DNA of 61,678 nucleotides, filler included, from Basidiobolus ranarum (Eukaryota): NCBI GenBank assembly GCA_040143965.1. It is 16 parts of 16 records of this genome, joined end to end, with 100 filler letters (N's around TTAATTAATTAA, not from the genome) between each part and the next. Parts side by side here need not be neighbours in the genome. Positions count along the whole stretch, not along the records: positions 34,834 to 38,588 come from JASJQH010002299.1; positions 38,689 to 42,441 come from JASJQH010002300.1; positions 42,542 to 46,293 come from JASJQH010002301.1; positions 46,394 to 50,142 come from JASJQH010002302.1; 12 more parts are not named here. One strand, 5' to 3'. Shown piece by piece: positions 38,043 to 49,560 of this stretch (position 1 is its first letter; each line of letters starts with the position of its first letter). The notes under the pieces were generated by a model. It saw only the letters and a program-made list of their open reading frames with translations, ran no database searches and was not told where the DNA came from. The position numbers and the translations under genes were made by a program.

Positions 38043-38588
38043 TTAGACTGAGCCTAGATCCTCAAATTGGGCTCTGAATGGCCTCTTAACTGTGAAAACT
38101 GGTCGAGGTTGTGCCAATACATCACCTGTGACTCCAACCAATATTGCCATATTCTGTGCAGGCTCAATTGTTGGATCACTTTTTATAGTAACTATGGAGC
38201 CCTCCTGTGTGAACTGACCACGGCTGACTGTAGTAATATTCTTATTGTCTGGAATAGCAAACTTCACCTGCCAGTTGTTTGAAATAGGTGAGTTCGTAGT
38301 GGTACGGATTCGTACCAGAGTCATGAAGTTGTCGCTCTCCGAATATTCGGTTGTCTCTCCTACAAAGTCAATCATTATATTCTTCTTCTCCGGAACTTCT
38401 TCAAGGACTTGTCTTCTGCGAGCCAATTTACCGGGAACATTACATGCTTGGACAGTTTTACCAGCTGCCCAGTCACAGTAGACTCCAGTACTTCCGTTTA
38501 CACAATATAGCGATTGATCAGTACAGCTGGGGGGGAATCGCCACTGACCTCTATAACGAAGCTTCGTGAGAGGAGTCAGTGGATTTTT
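38043..38588 (-). CDS. C-terminal part of a protein with a Cys-rich module followed by a CBM2-like beta-sandwich
   Basis: Frame is open from the contig edge: ...PPSCTDQSLYCVNGSTGVYCDW..QAC... then FMTLVRIRTTTNSPISNNWQVKFAIP...ITTVSRGQFTQEGSIVTIK. Confidence 0.6.
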   Translation of the reverse strand, partial: KNPLTPLTKLRYRGQWRFPPSCTDQSLYCVNGSTGVYCDWAAGKTVQACNVPGKLARRRQVLEEVPEKKNIMIDFVGETTEYSESDNFMTLVRIRTTTNSPISNNWQVKFAIPDNKNITTVSRGQFTQEGSIVTIKSDPTIEPAQNMAILVGVTGDVLAQPRPVFTVKRPFRAQFEDLGSV

Positions 38589-38688
38589 NNNNNNNNNNNN
38601 NNNNNNNNNNNNNNNNNNNNNNNNNNNNNNNNTTAATTAATTAANNNNNNNNNNNNNNNNNNNNNNNNNNNNNNNNNNNNNNNNNNNN

Positions 38689-39207
38689 CTGCACCCATTG
38701 AAAGAACATAATGGAAATGAGCTACTACATAGTAAGTATACACGTTGACCACTAGACCAGTTTGTCCATGACAATCTAACTTCTTCAGATATGCCCGAAT
38801 TGAGTGCCGATCTGAATAAACTCGCGGAGTACCATTACAAACGTAAAGCTAGACAACACCGAAAGCTGCGTAAGAAGGTTATGCACGGGATGGGCCTATC
38901 CGATGACACCGAAGGTGATGCTAACTGGGCTATGCCTGAGATGGAGCAATTTTTGCAATCGAATCAGCTACCTGTGTCATCGGATGACATGCTGGACTTT
39001 ATGTATCCATGGCAAGATTCATCAGACGACGAAAACAGTATTGTAGGAACTTTCAGCAGCATGGGAATCTCAAGCACTTCTGGAAGAAAGTCACCCAGAT
39101 ATAAGCCCAAGATCAAAGAACCCAAAGTACCCTACCCACATATGACAAAAACACCCATTCTTGTCAAACCATTTACAAGCCTAGTGCAAGAGAGACTTAT
39201 CAACTAG
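38689..39207 (+). CDS. 3' exons of an uncharacterised gene
   Basis: Short exon, GTAAGT...TTCAG intron (about 38732-38788), then a 139-codon open last exon. Confidence 0.55.
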
Positions 39208-39825
39208 CCATCAGTGTCCAATTTATAGCCAATAAAGTACAATATCGTTACACAATTATGGCTGTAAGAGAAAATAGTCTCATTAGCATGAACAATGCCA
39301 TTGAACATCAAGCACTGAATCATTTAGCTATACATTAAAATTCCCATTTTCCCGCATGTGTGGGATTAGTCTTGCCGCTAAGTTTTGATATAAATCGGCG
39401 AATCATTGAAGTATTCTTATCACATATTTGACATGATTGACTAGCTTATGTATTTAATGTGACCTTGTATGCTTCAATGGTATTGAATACTGTGAGATCC
39501 AAGAATCCATTGATTTTCAAAACGTTAAGATCGACCGCAGAGGATATGCATCTGAACAATAGAGATATACCAGTCGTTTGAGACATTAAGGAGCAGGGAT
39601 CCGGGATTTGCTAAAATCTGGTTTAAGGTATTATTCTCATTTACACAACTTCGAACTACTCACGAGACCAAGTCAGGTGCCATTAACTGGTTTCGGGAAA
39701 TCTAAGCTCTGCCTGTGCTCTCCTATACCTTTAAGCCTTTTAACTTTAAGTAGCAAACCTTTCCTTAACTTAACGTCATCGTAATCATTTATCAACTCAG
39801 TTCTTAACTTAAATTCTCCTACATA

Positions 39826-41214
39826 ATGTGGGATCCGCAGAACAACTGGGTATCACAAATATGTGGCTACGCTTCAATATGTTTTTGGGTAGTTGTATTT
39901 ACCCCGTAAGTTCTGAAAACAAGCTTTAAGATCGACTTTACTAGCGTCAAACTTTTGAGCTAATCTCATTGTATCAGACAATTATACGAAAACTGGAAAC
40001 GTAAAAATAGCAACTCTTTGTCTCTCACTTTCGTAACCATTTGGATAGCCGGCGATGTGTTTAATTTGATCGGCGCATATCTACAACAATTATTACCTAC
40101 CATGGTATTTTTATTCGATACTCGTATTATCTGGTTTCATAGATTCTCAACGATTCAAAGCTTTTCTTGGCTTTTTATTATTCTTTAGCTGACGTAAATA
40201 GTTCATAATCATGCTCACGACATGTCTGTATTCTAACGCTCTTTCAATAGGTTATTCTACTGTTTCAAGTGATATACTACCGGCGATATGAATACTATGA
40301 AGATGACGAACAGTCTGCGTTAATAAACCATGTGAACGACTCGTACGATACAACCTCCAGTAGCAACGGAGCTAGTCGTAGAAGGAGGAATGATAGCTGG
40401 TGCTATGTGCTAATACCAATAATCTGTCTAGTAGGGATAGGGGCTCTTAGTTTTGGTTTAGATGGAAAACCCGGTATAGAAGACCAAAATCAGGATCAAA
40501 ATCCAAACACTTCGGGCCTGTTCTTCATTAATGTAGGAGCTCCCTATAATTCAATTATGCATAGCTAAGAATTCATAGTCTGCTTAATTAGGGAACTGGA
40601 AATCTTCCTAGTGAGGCACAGATATCCTTAATTCCTCAAACATTCGGTTGGATCTCGGCTATATTATATGGTGAGTAAACTTTCTCTACACTGTAAATAT
40701 TCAATGCTCAACTAGTTTTGTTCACTGCGTAGTTGGGGCCCGAATTCCACAGATATGGAAGAATTATCAAGACAAATCGTGTGATGGATTATCTTGGATC
40801 ATGTTTGCACTCTGTGTGCTTGGGAATGTAACATACGTGGGAGTAAGTTGGTCACAAACTTGAATTGAATCTAGCATGCGGCTGAATTTTTGTTTTAGTC
40901 AATCCTCTTCTACTCAGTTGAGTATTCTTACATACTTAAGAACCTAGCCTGGCTTGTTGGAAGGTAAGCGTTAATTAGCTTTTATTACTTCCATCTCTGT
41001 CTCTGTTCTAATTATTCGAAATGCTCTATCAAGTGGAGGAACTTTATTCTTTGACTTTATGGTAACTATTGCTTTCATGAACCCAATTTTTTGTGAAACA
41101 TCGGAACTGACTTTTGGTAAGATTTTTTATCAATTTTGGATTTACCGAGGAATCAAGCGTAACGCCGATGGATACAGTATATTCTCAACTAACGAGAGCA
41201 TTCTCTCTGCCTAG
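39826..41214 (+). CDS. PQ-loop vacuolar/lysosomal amino-acid transporter (Ypq1/PQLC2 family), multi-exon
   Basis: GYASICFWVVVFTP|QLYENWKRK...WIAGDVFNLIGA; second loop GARIPQIWKNYQDKSCDGLS...LGNVTY; WLVGSGGTLFFD. Confidence 0.88.
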
Positions 41215-41452
41215 CCAATTTTCTATTTCCCTTCACATCCCATCAGTTGTGATCCTTACTTTCGTAACATGTAATATTTAATTTACCAAATCTGCACAAA
41301 CCGTCATACCGAAGTTTACAACGCCTTCTATTAATTTGTTCCATTTACAGGGCTTTAACCTAAAATTAAACAATTGCAAAAAATAATTAGACAATTATAG
41401 AAAAGCGTTCAGACGAATGTCAACAGTAAAACTAGACGTTTTAGTTTTTTTT

Positions 41453-41600
41453 GGTGGACATGACCGGGATGACTTCTAAACTATCAACATATTTTTTAAA
41501 GTCTTACCTGTACTATGGATATCCTACAACGATAACTGAGGAAGAAGAGAGTTAGATTCTAGGTTTTCCTTTTTCTTGCCTTTTCTTTGACCTGGGTCGT
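41453..41600 (-). ncRNA. Candidate Fanzor omega-RNA scaffold / element right end
   Basis: Mainly positional: overlaps and follows the Fanzor 3' end. Ends in the GC-richer AAGTCATCCCGGTCATGTCCACC before an A-run. Confidence 0.3.
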
Positions 41601-42441
41601 CTTGCTTTTGGGGCATAACTTGGTCAGGACGGATGCCTTTTTCTCTAAGCGAAGTTTAGATATGACGGAAGGTCTTGGTTGCAAAGTCGTCTAATGCTAC
41701 TGGCTGGCGTGGTCTTCAAACGATTTTGGTTTGTGCACCTATTTGACGAAAAAATATTAGATTTCATTTTCTTTTCCCTCTTTTTGTATCTCGGACAGTA
41801 CCTTGACCATGGCATTTTCCAGTTGGCATCTTGTTCCTCCTAAAAACTCTCGAGTTTTGGAAAAGTTTTAGATTTTTCCAATTCTGAGAGCTCACATTCG
41901 TGAACTCGTTCAACAACAGAACTTCGAACCCTTTTTCGTTCCTTTCCCTCTAATTGGCTCATGAAGTTTCACATTCGCAGATGACCAGTCACCTAATACT
42001 ATAACAGCATCTCCGAATTTCCTCTTCAAACTGTTTGCTAATTCTTGGTCAGATTGTAGTCTTAATTTCGCTAGAGAACTTGGTTTTCTGAAAGGTTATG
42101 GCAGCCTGTACTTGATGATGTCTGCCAATTCATCTTTTTTATTTTACGGCGATATTCGTACTCTTTCTTAGAAGTTTCTTCAGAGCTGTTTAAACAATTG
42201 GTAGCTTCCTCTACCAAGGCATCCAATATTTGCTTCTCGTCCATATCAAGTTTTGAAAAAGTATGTTTATCTTGAAGGACAGCACGATTGCAATCAACAG
42301 ATAGTTGAAAATTGCGCTTAGCTTGGGAAGGAGTAGTAACGAGATCGACGTCAACATCAGCAAAGCTAACAGCAGCAACGCCTGCGACAACATCAGCAGT
42401 ATTATCTTCATTAGTAACCGACTCTACTTCAGTAAGACCTT
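41524..42441 (-). pseudogene. Fanzor1 (TnpB-like RNA-guided endonuclease) remnant; internally deleted, frameshifted, one intron (41739-41801)
   Basis: PFRK..LQSDQELANSLKRKFGDAVIVLGDWSSANVKLHEPIRGKG / KKGFEVLLLNEF / HECELSELEK / KCHG|CTNQN..RRLCNQDL / FRHI*TSLREKGIRP. Confidence 0.82.
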
Positions 42442-42587
42442 NNNNNNNNNNNNNNNNNNNNNNNNNNNNNNNNNNNNNNNNNNNNTTAATTAATTAANNN
42501 NNNNNNNNNNNNNNNNNNNNNNNNNNNNNNNNNNNNNNNNNTATACTACTATTTTATTCATTCTCGATAAATACCGATAGATCAAAT

Positions 42588-43436
42588 ATGAAGACTTCCT
42601 TTATTGCTTCTGTATTATACCTCGCTACCGTAGCAGCCTTACCTACTTACAACATTGGTGATTATGGTGACAATGTTGGTGTTGGTAGAGGACACGATGT
42701 CAAAGGTTATAATAATGGACACTCTGGTAGTAACAAATCTGACTATCCACATACTGGTACTGGTGGCGGGAATGGTGGTAGCTATGACGTAGGTGACTAT
42801 GAAAACCATAGTGGTGGCGGTGGTGGGGATAATCATGATGATTACCATGAAGTATGTGGTAAACACAATGGTGTTGATGATAGCTATGGATCAGAAAACC
42901 ATGCTAAAGAAGGGGATTACGAAGGTGGCGGGAATAGTGGTGGTGGCGACAACGGTTATGGATCTAGTGGACATGGAGGAAAGAGTGGTGATAGTTATGA
43001 TTCTGGAGAACATGGTGGTGATGTATATGAAAATGGTGGAGGCCATGGCGGCGATAAAGATGTCTATGAAGGTCACAATGGTGGTTCCAATGCCGGGGAA
43101 GGCTACAAATCGGAGGATCATGGTGAAAACGGTGGAGGAGTTAGCTATGATACTGACTCAGGTCCTGGCGGACATAATGAGGATTATGACGATAGTACTG
43201 AGAAATATGGAGGCAGTGGTAGACGTGAAAACTTAAGCCATCGCTCTGGAAGCAATGATAATTATAAAAATCAGAAGTATTCTGATAGTAATGTTGGCAT
43301 TAATAAACACAACGAAACAGGTGATCATGCCGGGAATGAGGGATACTCGGTTAGCGGTGATGATGGGGGAGAAGCTCATAAGGTTAAAACTAGTGAACAC
43401 AAGTGTAGACATGGCGACAATGGTAGCTCCCATTAA
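42588..43436 (+). CDS. Secreted Gly/His/Asp/Asn-rich low-complexity protein (282 aa)
   Basis: Signal peptide MKTSFIASVLYLATVAA|LP; GGN/GDY/GGH-type repeats. Confidence 0.8.
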   Translation: MKTSFIASVLYLATVAALPTYNIGDYGDNVGVGRGHDVKGYNNGHSGSNKSDYPHTGTGGGNGGSYDVGDYENHSGGGGGDNHDDYHEVCGKHNGVDDSYGSENHAKEGDYEGGGNSGGGDNGYGSSGHGGKSGDSYDSGEHGGDVYENGGGHGGDKDVYEGHNGGSNAGEGYKSEDHGENGGGVSYDTDSGPGGHNEDYDDSTEKYGGSGRRENLSHRSGSNDNYKNQKYSDSNVGINKHNETGDHAGNEGYSVSGDDGGEAHKVKTSEHKCRHGDNGSSH

Positions 43437-44105
43437 AGATTGAGATTTTTACAATAGGAAGATTATACTCTCACAAGTGCACCTTAACAACAGTGAAAAT
43501 AGTTAGGTAAATAGTTCTTCCTCTATCGTCAAAACTCATACGTTCAAAGCCTCGCTCATTTGGTATTTATCTTTATATTTTGTATATATATATAAATGTT
43601 GTGAGAACTGTAAGGGATTCTTCAATACAACCCAGAAGGCCCAAAAAGAAACCCCAACTTGTCCCACTGTTAATCTAATCCTCGACGACAATCTTGAATC
43701 CGTTTGATGACGGTAACCACAAGTAATAATCGAGGAAACGATGCTGAAGAACATCCATGATTGTTCGAATTGATTTATAGAATTCGGGTCGATATGGGAT
43801 CTAATAAATGCTCTATCTCAATGGAAATATTTCATTTCGTATTATTTCCATTCAGAGAGATGAAAGTGGGGTCAATATGTGAATTGAAAAATTTATTCCG
43901 CTCCATCGAAAAGTTAGTAACCAAAAAAATTATATCCAAGTCTGCTTTATTCGTGGTTCAAAGTTGCCGTTGAAAGCATTCCATTTCGGTTGGTAGAATT
44001 TGTTAGATAGGTTTTTACTTCAGAAGATGAAGGAATTAACATTCGTTTGTTTAACCAACTATTTGATATACACTTTTTCGTTGTGTGTGCTATATAGTTA
44101 GAATC

Positions 44106-44997
44106 ATGTTTCAACCTGGACGTATTTTCGCCGCTCGCGGAATCCAAGCAGTTGCTGGTGTGACTAGACTTCAAGGTAGGTTTATCAGCCTATTCCTTCC
44201 AATTTTCTGTTCGATTTTCCTTACGAAATATATCACAGGTGTCCGTAATATTCACTGCACCGCATCAGTATTCTCTAAGAAGAGTAAGAAAGCTAAAATC
44301 TTGGCTGAAAAAGAAGCTGAACGCCAAGAAATTGAATTCCAAGGAGCAAAACAAAAAGCAGAACAAAATAGTGAATTTTTACAGACTCTTTTGAGTGCAC
44401 CCAACCTTATCCCCAAAAAAGATTCTTTATGGAAAGCTCCTACCTCCTCTCAATATCAGCATTTTATTTCTAACGAGGAAGCCAAGTTCCTTTTTGAAAC
44501 AACTGCCGAGGCGATCAATGCCAACTCCTCTACTCATTCCCGAGTTGATGCAGAGAGAGTCAAAGAACAAACGGAAATGCTTCGTCGTATAGTTAGTCTT
44601 GAAAATTCAAACCAAAAGGGAATTATGTTACATAATGTTCGTAAAGCTGTTGATTCATTCGGTAGATGTGAAGGAGACACTGGAAGTCCCGAAGTTCAAG
44701 GTGAGTTGATAGTTTTAAACTGTTTATTTCTCGTCAGTTTACTTAGTTTTACGTGTATTAGCTGCTATATGGACTGTTCGTATCCGTAATTTAGAGCGTC
44801 ATATGCTCGATCATCACAAAGATGTTCATAATAGACGCGCTTTAGTTCATTTACTCCACAAGCGTGCCAAGATGCTTCGTTACTTAAAGAGACAATCCCT
44901 TGAGCGTTATTATGTCTGTCTGAAGCAATTGGGACTTACCAAAGACATGGTTGAAGGAGAAATCCCCTTGCCCTACAAGAAGAAAAACAAGAACTAG
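44106..44997 (+). CDS. MRPS15: Mitochondrial ribosomal protein uS15m (2 introns)
   Basis: Presequence-like N-terminus; DTGSPEVQ|AAIWTVRIRNLERHMLDHHKDVHNRRAL..LLHKRAKMLRYLKR. Confidence 0.88.
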
Positions 44998-45477
44998 ACT
45001 CCCTGTTCTCATTTGTCAAATCTTTGCATGCCTTCTATTCATTTCTTCATACACCATTTGTTCCTGAACCCCATTTCTTCATTGAATGTAGACTTTCTTT
45101 TCTTTCCTTTGAATGATGAACATAAATCCATTCAACCGAACACATCAACACGTGAGGTATCTCTTGGAATAGTACTGTTCTATGCTCTATGCATCAAATA
45201 AATTCTATAATACAAAATCAAGTAAAAGGAAAGACTTGGATAAATCACAATTGCTGAATTGCTGAATTTTCGATATACTTGGGCAATCTGTGCATGGTTG
45301 AAAAATTTACCAAAAAAAAATGATTTCGGGATCGAAGGGAGGGGAATGGCTGGATTGGATGGGTGGGCAACAGTAAGAATAAAAAGTAATGGATGACCGT
45401 CTGGCTATTCCTCCTTTTCTGCTTAATCTTTGACTTGGACTTTCATCCACCAAAGGTGCAACTAGTTAGCTTTTAAT

Positions 45478-46293
45478 ATGGTACGAATAGTTTCATCACG
45501 ACGATAGAATTTATACTGTTTCTTGAGGTGCAATTGCTAATCTATTTCATTTATTTGATCCATCCATCTTTAGCCTAAGGGAAAGTCTACCAAGAAAGTC
45601 GCCCCCGCTCCCTATCCTTTGAAGGGTAAGCAATCCAGCAAGGTCGTCAAGAACCCCTTGTTTGAGAAGACTCCCAAGAACTTCGGTATCGGTGCCGATA
45701 TTCAACCCAAGCGTGACTTGTCTCGTTACGTTAAGTGGCCCGAGTATGTTCGTCTTCAACGTCAAAGAAAGGTCCTCAAGCTCCGTCTTAAGGTTCCTCC
45801 TACCATCAACCAATTCACCAAGGTTTTGGACCGTAACACCGCCACTCAACTCTTCAAGGTCTTGAACAAGTACCGTCCTGAGACTGCCCAAGAGAAGAAG
45901 ACTCGTCTCACTGAGGCTGCCGCTGTTACCGCTGAAGGTGGTAAGGTTGAATCCAAGAAGCCTGTTGTTGTCAAGTATGGTATCAACCACATTACTGCTC
46001 TCATCGAAGCCAAGAAGGCTCAACTCGTTGTCATTGCTGATGATGTTGACCCTATTGAAATCGTTCTTTGGTTGCCTGCTCTTTGCCGTAAGATGGGTAT
46101 TCCTTACTGCATTGTCAAGGGTAAGGCTCGTCTCGGTACCGTCGTCCACAAGAAGACTGCCACCGCTCTTGTCATCACTGACATCCGTGATGAAGATAAG
46201 GCTGATCTCGCCAAGTTGGTTGACTCTGTCAAGGCTAACTACAACGAGAAATATGACGAAGTCCGCAAGCACTGGGGTGGTGGTATCATGGGA
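45478..46293 (+). CDS. RPL8: 60S ribosomal protein L8/L7a (eL8); intron 45481-45573; 3' end cut by contig end
   Basis: ATG|gt...ag|[45 protein letters not shown]. Confidence 0.97.
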
Positions 46294-46504
46294 NNNNNNN
46301 NNNNNNNNNNNNNNNNNNNNNNNNNNNNNNNNNNNNNTTAATTAATTAANNNNNNNNNNNNNNNNNNNNNNNNNNNNNNNNNNNNNNNNNNNNTGATACA
46401 GGGAAGTAAAAATATCATAATTTGACTACAGGTATGCTTTACTATTAATCTCAATTGACTTGATGTGTATTGTGTTACAAAAGTAGACAATGGTGAGAAG
46501 TTAC

Positions 46505-46852
46505 TGTTGAAATTAGCTTTGCCTAAACACCTATATAGTCATATATAGCTTGGTACTTAGTTATCTTATATTTCATTGAGATATTATCCATTATTCTCAA
46601 TTGGAATTTACTTAGAATATTTTTACCAACTTAGAAGTTCTCAGATATATAGATTTTTCAAACTTGTGCTAGAAGCCCCAAACTTTGCACACATGTTTCT
46701 GTGACCTTCCTTAACACACTCTACATGCTAGTTTGTCCACATCTTGACAAAACTATAAATGTCAACTTTCTACTCAATAAATCAATCAGTGAAAACCACC
46801 AATTTCTCTAATTCTCCAAACCACTTCCAACAGGCTCCCAAATGCTCCAACA
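46505..46852 (+). mobile_element. Solo LTR of copia family A with 5-bp TSD GTTAC
   Basis: GTTAC at 46500-46504 and 46853-46857; TGTTG...CAACA. Confidence 0.92.
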
Positions 46853-47094
46853 GTTACCTTTATGGTGACAAAATACACCTTGCTTTTTATTGCTTAAGAA
46901 ATATTTAATAATAATTTTTTGATTTTTAATGTTACCATGGTAGTGTCTGCTCACCTAAACACTATCAAAAGCATATACCCAGGCCACATTCATCTTAAAA
47001 AAGTAATGAGAACTAAAGAAAATGATACAGTATTAGTAATATCCCAATCATATGCATGCATTAATCAATCCATCTAGCCAGGTTAATGATGGTA

Positions 47095-49560
47095 CAAAGT
47101 GAAACTGGAGGAGAAAATACATAATATGGAAACACTTAACAAAATCAGATAAGTGATACAAATGTACCAATCAGAGAAGTGATATGATATAGTTGAAACC
47201 TGCTTCCCAAAACATTGTCTAGTTATGTATAAATAAAATGGATAAAATCTAGAAAATGTCTCAGTGGTGACTATTACACAACAATTCCAATCAAGTCAAT
47301 GCACAATATGTTCATGTAGATTACTGATCATTTGATTTCACCCGAACCTTGAAAGGGCAGTGGATATCAACAAATCAATAGAGTAATCCACTTATTATGC
47401 ACTTGAATATATAGCAGGTCTAGTAATGATGCTGGCCTTGATTTAATAAATCATTAGATCAGAAATGCTAGCGCTGAGATCCCTAATTTTCCAATGTCTC
47501 ATGTTTTGCCATATCTTGACACTCTTGAGCATTATATATGCTACTTACTCATTATACAACACACTTAGGTTGGTTGAGTAAGTAGAATTGACACATCAGC
47601 GACAAAATATCAGCATGGCCATAAAATCCATCATCATACTCAATCCCTGATGTGGCCTCCAACCAGCCAAAATATTGCCTATTCAGTTATTATACTGGAC
47701 AGGTCATCAATGCGCTATTATCACAGCTCAGCTTATCCGATCCAGCCTATTGGTGATGAATCTATTTTTACAACACGACTGCTCCCTCAGTCACTAACGA
47801 TCTATTCACACTTGTTTCCATTAGGCGCTTTATACTCTCATTTGTTAGTAAATCTTCCAAGAATCCCATAAACAACAAAGTTAGCTCGGTGGTAGTGCTC
47901 CATCGTCAATCATGCCATATCGGTACAACACAGCAGACATTCAACAGTGGATTATAAATCACTTTTCTTGAATAGATTCCCGGATTTGGCGAAGTTTCGG
48001 ACTAGTGGATGACAAGGAAGAGTGTTGTTACATCATCGATAATAATATTCGCATCAATATTTCAAGCGAGAATATTCAAAATTCTCTTCATATTCAACAC
48101 ATATCGAGTTCATACCCTAGTGAGAAATCAGGCCTCAATTCTAGATATCAAGTCTACCTTACTACTTTCGCCGCTCTTACCAGTATTATCCTCCACTCCA
48201 CGTGTCAGTTCACACTTGGTATCGCAAGATAGATGTGAAGTAATGTGCACGAAAGATAGAGCACTGTAATACTTGAGTCGTACGACTCTTAAACGTGAAG
48301 TGGCAACTTTGAGCAAGACGAACAAGTATTATAGGTCCCTAATAGAAAATTCAGTTAAGTATATTAATATTTTCACAAATGCCCAAGAAGCTGCTACCAT
48401 GGATATATCACAGTATTTACCAAGAAACTTGTACTATCGATATATTACAGTCTTTAATCCCCTAAGATGAGGCATCACTTAGATTATGAGTTAATTCTAA
48501 TTCCAATGTATATTTTTACATCTGTTCTTATCCTTCGCCTATGGACACTATTGTATGGTTTCCTAAAAATGGTAGTAATCGATGGATATGCTGGTGAAGT
48601 ACGCTTACCACTCTCTTGTACCAATTTATTGCATATTAGCCGAGTCATCATTGATGAGACAGCTCTGTTTGAAAAAGGCCTTATTGTATTTGTTAGTAGG
48701 TCATAGTTTATTAACCTAAATTGTGCACAGAACTAGATGTTATCATTAAAGAGATAGAATTAGATTAGGCAGTACTCTGAGAGGAAATTGCAATACGAAT
48801 CATCAGTATTGGACCATTTAATGGCTATATATGATCAAAATAGTGAGTTATTTTCATACCTGACCTCACCTACTTGCACCTCGAGAGAAACCTTGGCATA
48901 TGTCAATCTCTATTCGGATCTCAATTCTTATAGCTACTCTAGTAGTACAAAATATTTTATAGGACAGATATTTAAATTTCTACATAAATATCAGTTAAGA
49001 AGATATACATGGTAAAGGTAGAAGGGACAAATAGCATCAAGCTAAAAGGTGTGAAAGAGTAAACCAAACTTTCTTGTTCACCACAAGCAATATCAAAGCC
49101 ACATGTCTTGGCTACTTTCATCTTTAGAGAGCAATGAAGACTGGTGAAAGAAATAGTATCAGCAGTATACAAATCATACATATGTTGCAATCAATCCATC
49201 TGTTCAGGATAAAAATGGAGCAGAGTGAAACTGAAGTAAAAGATACGTAATTTCAAAAATCTCAACAAAACCAGATATATGTTGCAAATGTACCAATCAG
49301 ATTGATGACATAAGGCAACTTGAAACCTGCTTTCGAAGACAATGTCTAATTATATACATATATTCCAGGAGCTCCACTTGATGGAAAGAATTGAGACAAT
49401 GTTGCAACTAATGACTGATTTACACAATCAAGATCAATGAACAGATCATGACTTCAAGTCAATCCACAATAGGTCGAATGAAATTCTCTTGGTCAAACAG
49501 TTTCACCCAAGGCCTAGAAAGAAGAGTGTATGAAATTGGTATGGTACTCCACTCACTAAA
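47095..49560. repeat. Diverged direct repeat pair (about 47095-47400 and about 49225-49560), possibly a decayed gag
   Basis: Shared GTGAAACTG, CAAATGTACCAATCAGA, TTGAAACCTGCTT and TTTCACCC in the same order. Confidence 0.5.

Noticed and set aside
45547-46272. 241-aa antisense ORF over RPL8
   Set aside because: It is a by-product of strong codon bias in a highly expressed gene.
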